Part shown: piece by piece, positions 57,030 through 64,000 of the stretch
Layout: each line of letters starts with the position of its first letter
Position numbering within the stretch: position 1 is the stretch's first letter
NCBI GenBank assembly: GCA_041690135.1
Contig: JAWLHY010000018.1
Location: 106,683 to 170,682 of the forward strand
Length of the DNA: 64,000 bases
DNA from: Armatimonadota bacterium
GTDB taxonomy: Bacteria > Armatimonadota > SYMT01
Direction of reading: 5' to 3'
Position numbers and translations under genes: made by a program
Notes under the pieces: generated by a model
Told to the model about the DNA's origin: nothing
Database searches by the model: none
What the model saw: only the letters and a program-made list of their open reading frames with translations

Positions 57030-57109
57030 GTGGAAGCCCGCATACAATGGCGCGTCAATTGAAGGACCGCGGGGTAACTGCGGGGTGGTTGTCGGAATGG
57101 AGGGGAACT

Positions 57110-58675
57110 TTGGGAAGTGAACGCAGAGGGAACCGGGCAGTCATCATCGGGGGTGGGCTCGGCGGTCTGGGGACCGGCATCCACCTGGCCCGCGATGGCT
57201 GGGACGTCACCATTCTGGAGCGCAACGCCAACACCGGCGGCCGGATGAACCGGATCGTTGAGGAGGGGTTCCGGATCGATACCGGCCCCACGCTCTTGAT
57301 GATGCCGGAGGTGCTGGAGAGCATCTTCCAGAGTTGCAAGCGAAATATTTGCGACTACATCCCGATCCGGCGCCTCGATCCCAGCTACGAGGTCCGTTTC
57401 GCGGACGGCTCCCGGTTCGAAATGGGCACGTTGGCGGATGCGCCGAAGCGCATGGCGGCGCTCAATTCGGGGGACGCAGAGCGTTTCCCGGCCATGATCC
57501 GGGATATGGCCCGCAAGTATGACCTGGGCCGCTACAGTTTCATCGAGCGGCGGTTCAACCACCTGGGCGATCTCCTCCACCCCACCACCCTGGGCGGCCT
57601 GGCGAAGGCGATGCCGATCGAGAGCGTCTGGAACTACATCAGCCGGTTCTGCGAGGACCCCCGCATCCGGCAGGCGCTCACCTTCCAAACGCTCTACCTG
57701 GGGACGAGCCCGTTCGACTGCCCTTCGATCTACGGCTTCCTGCCCTACATCGAGATGGAGTTCGGGGTCTGGTTCCCGAAAGGCGGCATGTACGCGGTGG
57801 CCGACGGCCTGTCCCGCCTTTTTCAGGAACAGGGAGGCCGCCTGGAATGCGGCGCCGATGTGCGGGAGATCCGCGTCCGGGGCGGCGCGGCGGACGGAGT
57901 GGTCACGCGGGACGGACGGATCCTGGAAGCCGACGTGGTCGTTTCCAACTGCGACGTGCAGACGACCTACACCCAGTTGATCGATGCGGCGCACCGCCCG
58001 AAGAACAGCGACGGCCGGATGTGGAAGCGGGAAAGCGGGTGCTCGGGCTTCCTGCTCTACCTGGGCGTGCGGCGGGTCCCCGAGAACTGGAAGCACCACA
58101 CCGTCATCCTCCCCGAGGACTACGAAGGGGTGATGTCGGACCTCTTCCAGAAGCGATCGTTGCCGCGCGAACCCGCACTCTACGCCTGCGTCCCCACGCT
58201 TTCCGATCCCTCGCTGGCGCCGGAGGGCCATCACGTCCTCTACGTGCTTGCCCCGGTTCCCCATCTCGATGCGCACATCGATTGGACCACCTGTGCGGGC
58301 GCCTTCCGGCAACGGTGTCTGCAGGCGCTGGAGCGCGCCGGATGGGAAGGCATCGAAGAGGATATCGTGCTGGAGCGCCAGTGGACCCCGCACGACTTTC
58401 TCAATACCTACGGGCTCTTTCGTGGGTCGGCGTTCGGATTGTCCTGCACCTTCTGGCAGAGCGCCTACTTCCGCCCGCACAACCGCTCGGAGGATATCCG
58501 GAACCTCTACCTGGTTGGGGCCAGCACGCACCCGGGCGGAGGCGTGCCGATCGTGTTGACCTCGGCCCGGCTGGTGGCGGAGCAGATCGAGGCCGACGCG
58601 GCGAGGGCTCAGCGTGCCTTCGCCGCGCGAGTCTCGACCGTTGGCAGGAGGGAGGCTGCCTCCGGTGCCGAATGA
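57110..58675 (+). CDS. Phytoene desaturase family protein (CrtN/CrtI-like, probable diapophytoene desaturase)
   Basis: VIIGGGLGGL FAD motif, GFRIDTGPT, FQTLYLG.SPF, WFPKGGM and NLYLVGASTHPGGGVPIVL. TTG start after GGAGGGG. Confidence 0.9.
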   Translation: MGSERRGNRAVIIGGGLGGLGTGIHLARDGWDVTILERNANTGGRMNRIVEEGFRIDTGPTLLMMPEVLESIFQSCKRNICDYIPIRRLDPSYEVRFADGSRFEMGTLADAPKRMAALNSGDAERFPAMIRDMARKYDLGRYSFIERRFNHLGDLLHPTTLGGLAKAMPIESVWNYISRFCEDPRIRQALTFQTLYLGTSPFDCPSIYGFLPYIEMEFGVWFPKGGMYAVADGLSRLFQEQGGRLECGADVREIRVRGGAADGVVTRDGRILEADVVVSNCDVQTTYTQLIDAAHRPKNSDGRMWKRESGCSGFLLYLGVRRVPENWKHHTVILPEDYEGVMSDLFQKRSLPREPALYACVPTLSDPSLAPEGHHVLYVLAPVPHLDAHIDWTTCAGAFRQRCLQALERAGWEGIEEDIVLERQWTPHDFLNTYGLFRGSAFGLSCTFWQSAYFRPHNRSEDIRNLYLVGASTHPGGGVPIVLTSARLVAEQIEADAARAQRAFAARVSTVGRREAASGAE

Positions 58676-60257
58676 GGACTTCCAACCCTCGGCCCGGCGT
58701 CCCGGCCGGTCCCCGGATGAACCGTTCCGGCCGCTCCGCGAGCAGCCGTCGGTAAGCCCGGTGGATGGCCGGGTCATGGGCTGGTACCCGGTCGCCCTCC
58801 CGGAGGAGGTCACCGCTCTCCGCCGGCGGTTGGAAGTGGAAACCGGCAGTTGGAGCGCCACTCCGGTCACCGAACGGGTGCGTCGTCTCGGTGCGCTGCG
58901 CGAAATCCTGTCCGCCCGGGCGGAGGAAGTCGTGTTGCTCCTCGCCCGGGAGATCGGCCGGCCGCTCGTCGAAGGCTACGCGGCCGAGATTCTGCCCACG
59001 CTGCGCTCCCTTTCGTGGTTGGAGCGTCACGCCCCGGCGGTCCTGGCGCCCCGGCCGCTGCGGGGAGGCTCGTCCCGGCTCCGGCAGGAGTGGATCCCCT
59101 TCGGCACAGTGGGAGTCCTCTCCCCCTGGAACTATCCGGTGTTCCTGGGGCTTTCTAGCGTGGCCGCAGCGCTGGCGGCGGGCAATACCGTGCTCTGGAA
59201 GCTTTCGGACCTGGCGCTCGCCACCGCCAATCTCCTCTGGGAGATCCTGGAAGCGGCGGGTCTGGGTCACCTGGTCGCCGTAGCCCCCGGGGATGCGGCG
59301 GTCGGTGAAGCGGTGGTGGCCGCGGGCTGCGACAAGTACCTCTTCATCGGTGGGGTCACTGGGGGCCGCCAGGTGCTCGAAGAACTGGGAAGCCGGGGCA
59401 CACCGGCGGTCGCGGAGTTATCCGGCTCCGATCCGATGATCGTCTGCCCCGATGCCGACCTCCCCCTGGCGGCGGCTTCCGCCGTGTGGGCGCGGGTCAC
59501 GGGCGCCGGTCAGACCTGCCTGGCCCCACGCCGCCTCTTTGTGCCCTGGACCTGCTACGAGGAGTTCCTGGGAGAGGTCCGGGACCGCCTCGCCAGGGTG
59601 CGGATGGGAGATCCGTCCGATCCCGCCACCGAGCTCGGACCCCTCCGGACCGAGGAGCTGCGGGGTGCGGCAACATCCTTGATCGACGATGCGCTGGAAC
59701 AGGGCGCCCGCCTGCTTTACGGGGGACTGCCTGGAACGGGAGAGGGCTTCTACTTTCGGCCCACGCTGCTGGCCGATTGCATCGAGAGCATGCGGGTGAT
59801 GCGGGAGGATGTGTTCGCACCCATCCTGGTCGTGTGCCCGGTAGGGAGCGTGGAAGAGGCGGTCCGCCGGGCAAATGCCACGAGCTTCGGGCTCACGGCG
59901 AGCGTCTGGACCCGCGACTGCCGGGCGGGAACCGCCATTGCTCGCCGTTTGCGCGGCGGCGTGGTGAGCGTGAACGACGCCCTCCTGCCCGGTGCGGAGC
60001 CGTCCGTCCCGTTCGGCGGGCAGGGAGCCAGCGGCTATGGGCGCATGCGCGGAGAGGCCGGTCTGCTGGAGATGGTGCAGAGCCGGGTTGTGGACAGCGG
60101 CCCTTCCCGCCACGCTCCCCGCCGCCACCTGTTTCCGTTCCGGAGCGGCACGCTGGAGATTCTCCGAGGCCTGGCTGCCTGGGAGGGGGCGAGAGGTCTG
60201 GGCAAGTGGTCGGCCATGCGCCGCCTTGTTCAAGCGGTGCGGGACTATGACCGTTGA
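58665..60257 (+). CDS. Aldehyde dehydrogenase (AldH-like, carotenoid aldehyde oxidation)
   Basis: SPWNYP, ELSGSDP, GQTC, MREDVFAP and PFGGQGASGYGR. Operonic with the crt genes. Confidence 0.88.
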   Translation: MPNEDFQPSARRPGRSPDEPFRPLREQPSVSPVDGRVMGWYPVALPEEVTALRRRLEVETGSWSATPVTERVRRLGALREILSARAEEVVLLLAREIGRPLVEGYAAEILPTLRSLSWLERHAPAVLAPRPLRGGSSRLRQEWIPFGTVGVLSPWNYPVFLGLSSVAAALAAGNTVLWKLSDLALATANLLWEILEAAGLGHLVAVAPGDAAVGEAVVAAGCDKYLFIGGVTGGRQVLEELGSRGTPAVAELSGSDPMIVCPDADLPLAAASAVWARVTGAGQTCLAPRRLFVPWTCYEEFLGEVRDRLARVRMGDPSDPATELGPLRTEELRGAATSLIDDALEQGARLLYGGLPGTGEGFYFRPTLLADCIESMRVMREDVFAPILVVCPVGSVEEAVRRANATSFGLTASVWTRDCRAGTAIARRLRGGVVSVNDALLPGAEPSVPFGGQGASGYGRMRGEAGLLEMVQSRVVDSGPSRHAPRRHLFPFRSGTLEILRGLAAWEGARGLGKWSAMRRLVQAVRDYDR

Positions 60258-60277
60258 CAGCTAGAGAGGAGTGACCC

Positions 60278-61828
60278 ATGGAAGGAAACGGAGCGAAACG
60301 GATTGCGGTCGTGGGGGCGGGCCTCGCAGGCACCGCCACGTCCATCAAGCTGGCGGCGGCCGGGCATCGGGTGACGCTGGTCGATCCTAATCCCCACCTG
60401 GGCGGGAAAATGAATGTGTGGGAAGAGAGTGGGTACCGCTTCGACATGGGACCCACCATCATCACCATGCCCGCGTCTCTGGACCGCCTCTTCGCCAGCG
60501 TGGGTCGGAATTCCCGCGACTATCTCGACATGGTGCGGCTAGACCCGCAGTGGCGCTGCTTCTACGCGGACGGCACGAAGATCGACCTCTGGGAAGATCC
60601 GGCGCGCATGCAGGCGGAGCTGGAGCGGATCGATCCGCACGACGCGCGGGCCTATCCCCGATTCCTGGAATACGCCCGGTCGATGTTCGATATCTCCGAG
60701 GAGTTCTTCTTCTGGAAGCCGTGGGGCGGTATCGGCGACCTGCTCAAGACTTACGGCGTGATGAGCCCCGCCGGCCTGCGCCTGGGAACGCAGATTCATC
60801 CTTTCACCAGTCTGCACGCCGTGGTGGATCGGCATTTCCGCGACCCGAGGGTTATCCAGCTCTTCGATCACTTCATTCAGTACGTTGGCTCCTCCCCTTT
60901 CATGGCGCCCGCGATCCTGACGCTCATCGCTTGGGTCCAGGTGGGCCAGGGGGTGTGGTACCCGATGGGGGGCACCGGCAGCATCGCCCGCGCGCTGGAA
61001 CGGTTGGCCAGCGAATTCGGAGTGGACGAACGCCGGGGTGAGCTGGTGGAAGAGATCACCCTGGAGGGAACCCGGGTCACCGGCGTGCGCCTCACCAGCG
61101 GGGAGCACCTTCCGGCGGAGGCGGTCGTTTCCAACTGCGATATCATCCGGACTTACCGGGAGTTGCTGCATCACCCCGAAGCAGAGGGTCTGCTGCGTCG
61201 CGAGAAGCAGCGGTTCGAGCCGGCCTGCTCCGGCGTGGTGCTCTACCTGGGCTGCAACCGCACGTGGGACCACCTGGCGCACCACGATTTCATCTTCAGC
61301 GAAGACCCCGATGCAGAGTTCCACGACATCTACGACCGGCACATTCCCGCGCGAGACATGACGGCCTACCTGGCGGTCCCCTCGCTCACGGACCCTTCGG
61401 TGGCACCGCCGGGGCACACGGCCCTTTACGTGCTGGTGCACACGCCCTACCGCACCGAGAACGTGGATTGGTCTGTGGAAGGCCCGCGCTACCGCGATGC
61501 CATCCTGGATCGGCTCGAAGCGCGCAGCCTCACGGGCCTGCGGGAGAGCATCGAGGTCGAGCGGATGCTCACTCCGGTGGAGATCGAGAAGCTGTACCGG
61601 AGCTGGGGCGGGAGCATTTATGGTCTCCTCACACAGAAGGGGCTCACCGCGGCCTTCAAGCCGGGCAACCGCTGCTCTCGCTTCCAGGGGCTCTACCTGA
61701 CGGGCGGCAGCGTGAACCCGGGCGCCGGCGTTCCCATGGTCCTGATGAGCGGGCAGGTGGCCGCCAACTGCGTCCTCGAAGACCTCGGCGCCCCCCGCCC
61801 ATTACCCAGCGAGACCGCCAATGTCTAG
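60278..61828 (+). CDS. Phytoene desaturase family protein (CrtP/CrtNb-like diapocarotenoid oxidase)
   Basis: VVGAGLAG, GYRFDMGPTI, HFIQYVGSSP, CSGVVLYLG, LAHHDFIFS and GGSVNPGAGVPMVLMSG. Confidence 0.88.
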   Translation: MEGNGAKRIAVVGAGLAGTATSIKLAAAGHRVTLVDPNPHLGGKMNVWEESGYRFDMGPTIITMPASLDRLFASVGRNSRDYLDMVRLDPQWRCFYADGTKIDLWEDPARMQAELERIDPHDARAYPRFLEYARSMFDISEEFFFWKPWGGIGDLLKTYGVMSPAGLRLGTQIHPFTSLHAVVDRHFRDPRVIQLFDHFIQYVGSSPFMAPAILTLIAWVQVGQGVWYPMGGTGSIARALERLASEFGVDERRGELVEEITLEGTRVTGVRLTSGEHLPAEAVVSNCDIIRTYRELLHHPEAEGLLRREKQRFEPACSGVVLYLGCNRTWDHLAHHDFIFSEDPDAEFHDIYDRHIPARDMTAYLAVPSLTDPSVAPPGHTALYVLVHTPYRTENVDWSVEGPRYRDAILDRLEARSLTGLRESIEVERMLTPVEIEKLYRSWGGSIYGLLTQKGLTAAFKPGNRCSRFQGLYLTGGSVNPGAGVPMVLMSGQVAANCVLEDLGAPRPLPSETANV

Positions 61829-61896
61829 CCGGTCAGACGTCCCAGTGCCTGAACATTCACCCCCCACAGGGGGGCCCGAATACCCGAACACCTGAA

Positions 61897-62742
61897 ATGC
61901 TTCCCGCCGCCAAAAGCGCTCCCATCGAACGCTGGTTCCGCTGGTACACCCGGCGGTACCTTCGCCGGTCGTTCCATCGCGTACTCTGGTGTGGAGAGCT
62001 CCCCACCCGGCCGGAGGGGCCACTGATCATCTGCTCTAACCATTCGAGCTGGTGGGACATGCTCGCGGCGTTCTGGATCGCGACGGACCTGCTCGGCTGG
62101 GAAGGTTACGGGCCGATGGACGAGCGGCAGCTCCGGCGCTACGCCATCCTGCGCCGGATTGGCGTGTTTGGGGTCGACCGCGAATCGCTGCGGGGCGGAC
62201 GGGAGTTCCTGGACTATGCCACCGGTCTACTGGCGGGAACTGACCGGGCACTCTGGATCACCGCGCAGGGAGAGCTGGTATCCACGGACGTGCGTCCGAT
62301 CCGGTTCTACAGCGGCCCCGCCTATCTGGCGGAGCGCCTTCTGCGGGAGACGGGCCGGTGCGCCTATCTTTCCGTCGCGCTGGACTACGAGTTCTGGGAC
62401 GAGAAGCGACCGGAGCTCCTGATCCGCTTCGGCGCTGTCCGGGAGTTGAAGGCGGAACCCGGCCTTTTGCGAAAAACGATCCTCCGGGCGATGGAAGCCG
62501 ATCTCGAGGCGGAAATGGACGCCCTGGACGAGCTGCGCCGAGGGCGTGATGCCTCGCAGTTCCGGCAGGCCCTCGCCGATCGGACGGGTGGAGGCGGCGT
62601 GAGCCCGGTTTACGACCTGCTGCGCTCCGTTTCCGCCCGAATCCGGCGGGAGCATGCGCCACGGGAGCATGGGGCGGTCCATACACCGCCGCGCTGGGGC
62701 CCGGCGAGCGCACGCCGCCGTCGGGCCGTCGGTGGAAAGTAG
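61897..62742 (+). CDS. Lysophospholipid acyltransferase family protein
   Basis: HX4D motif NHSSWWD, LRRIGVFGVDR and YEFWDEKRPE. Confidence 0.85.
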   Translation: MLPAAKSAPIERWFRWYTRRYLRRSFHRVLWCGELPTRPEGPLIICSNHSSWWDMLAAFWIATDLLGWEGYGPMDERQLRRYAILRRIGVFGVDRESLRGGREFLDYATGLLAGTDRALWITAQGELVSTDVRPIRFYSGPAYLAERLLRETGRCAYLSVALDYEFWDEKRPELLIRFGAVRELKAEPGLLRKTILRAMEADLEAEMDALDELRRGRDASQFRQALADRTGGGGVSPVYDLLRSVSARIRREHAPREHGAVHTPPRWGPASARRRRAVGGK

Positions 62743-62750
62743 GTGCGGGA

Positions 62751-63902
62751 GTGCTGGAATACCAGATCCTGGCGACCGTGGTGCTTTTGGTGTTCGCCCT
62801 CCTGATGGGGCAGAACCACCTCGATTATCGGCGGCCCCGTCGGTCCGTGGCAGAAGAGCGAGACACCGCGGCTCCGCGTGTTTCGGTCCTCGTTCCCGCG
62901 CGCAACGAAATCGAGAACATCGCCGATTGCCTGGCGGGCCTCTTACGCCAGGACTACCCGAACCTGGAAATCCTGGTGCTGGATGACGGCTCGACCGACG
63001 GCTCGACCGAGGCCGTGCTGGAGCTGGCTGCGGGGGATCCCCGGCTCCGGCTGGCCCGGGGGCAGGCCCTACCGGACGGTTGGGCCGGGAAGGCCCATGC
63101 CTGCTGGCAGGCCGCGCAGCACGCGGACGGGGAATGGCTGCTGTTCGTGGACGCCGATACTCGCCACGCGCCCGCGCTGGTCTCCGCGGCGGTGAGCGCC
63201 GCTCGCGAGCGACGGGCGGATCTGGTGAGCACTTTCCCGCGGCAGATTGCCAAAAGCCTGGGAGAGGCGCTTACGGCCCCCATGATCTATTGGGTACTCT
63301 TCGTGCTGCTGCCGATCCGCACGGTTTCCAATCGCCGCAGCGCCGCATTCACGGCCGCTTGCGGTCAGTTCCTGCTCGTGCGCCGCGAGGCTTACTTCGC
63401 GGTGGGTGGTCACCAGGCCATTCGCGGTTCGCTGCACGATGGATTGCACCTCGCTCGTCTGTTCAAACGCCGGGGCCTGCGCGTCGCGCTGGTCGATCTC
63501 TCCGAAGAGATCTCCTGCCGGATGTATCGTGGGTGGCGGGAGTGCTGGTTAGGCTTCAGCCGCAATGCCTTCCAGGCCGTGGGCTCACTGCCCATCCTGA
63601 TGCTGCTCACGGGTGTGCAGGGCGCCTTCTTTCTGGCGCCATTCCTGTTCCTGGGCGCCGCTGCCGTGCTCGGCTGGCCTGCCTGGAGTGGATTGGTGCT
63701 GTTCCAGGTGCTGCTGCTGCTCCTGCTGCAGGCAACTCTGCGGGACCGCTTCCACTATCCGTGGACCACGGTGATTCTCTTCCCACTGGCGCTCGGGGTG
63801 CTCCTCGCCATTCAGTGGCGAAGTTGGTGGGTCACTGTGCGGGGCACCACCTTGGTTTGGAAGGAACGCGAAGTGAGGAGTGAGCAGTGTCTGGAAGGCT
63901 AA
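62751..63902 (+). CDS. GT2 glycosyltransferase (CrtQ-like carotenoid glycosyltransferase)
   Basis: VSVLVPARNE, VLDDGSTD, GWAGKAHAC, LLFVDAD, ACGQFLL and CRMYRG. Confidence 0.88.
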   Translation: MLEYQILATVVLLVFALLMGQNHLDYRRPRRSVAEERDTAAPRVSVLVPARNEIENIADCLAGLLRQDYPNLEILVLDDGSTDGSTEAVLELAAGDPRLRLARGQALPDGWAGKAHACWQAAQHADGEWLLFVDADTRHAPALVSAAVSAARERRADLVSTFPRQIAKSLGEALTAPMIYWVLFVLLPIRTVSNRRSAAFTAACGQFLLVRREAYFAVGGHQAIRGSLHDGLHLARLFKRRGLRVALVDLSEEISCRMYRGWRECWLGFSRNAFQAVGSLPILMLLTGVQGAFFLAPFLFLGAAAVLGWPAWSGLVLFQVLLLLLLQATLRDRFHYPWTTVILFPLALGVLLAIQWRSWWVTVRGTTLVWKEREVRSEQCLEG

Positions 63903-64000
63903 CTAGTGCAAACTCAAGAGACCTTCGTGGAAAGGCGCGGGTGAGCCGGACAGTCAAAATGGGCGTAGACCCGTTTCATCAGTTCGCTCCCTTCCAGGAC

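Noticed and set aside
57020-58870. 616-aa minus-strand ORF, and similar long ORFs at 6495-7751, 45747-47474, 19105-20178 and 35036-36196
   Set aside because: Antisense shadows typical of GC-rich coding DNA, with no recognisable motifs.

Overview
GC-rich bacterial chromosome segment with about 60 CDSs. The gene mix suggests Armatimonadota or a similar lineage carrying many Planctomycete-type accessory genes; this is inference only. I recognised no rRNA, tRNA, CRISPR array or intact mobile element. Housekeeping content: hrcA-grpE with a CIRCE, folB, trxB, aroQ plus Xaa-Pro peptidase, cutC with an isocitrate-dehydrogenase-family gene, and the rpsB-tsf-pyrH-frr-uppS-dxr-rseP-htrA cluster, which lacks cdsA. 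The right end holds a C30 (staphyloxanthin-type) carotenoid operon with no crtM in view. The most unusual locus is a 1119-aa protein (9588-12947, -). It combines two HicB-like N-terminal modules, a ClpA/B-type double AAA+ core with an LGF (ClpP-docking-like) loop, and a C-terminal release-factor-2-like region lacking the GGQ catalytic domain. It is a candidate ribosome-coupled unfoldase or quality-control factor. Other points of interest: a second CIRCE-like site upstream of an FmdB zinc-ribbon gene, a candidate structured RNA (about 14880-14990), a protein of three 74-aa repeats, an antitoxin fused in frame to a VapC tail, a degenerate class III cyclase, perfect tandem repeats in promoter regions, and dispersed intergenic simple repeats. 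All product calls come from reading motifs by eye, not from database searches.
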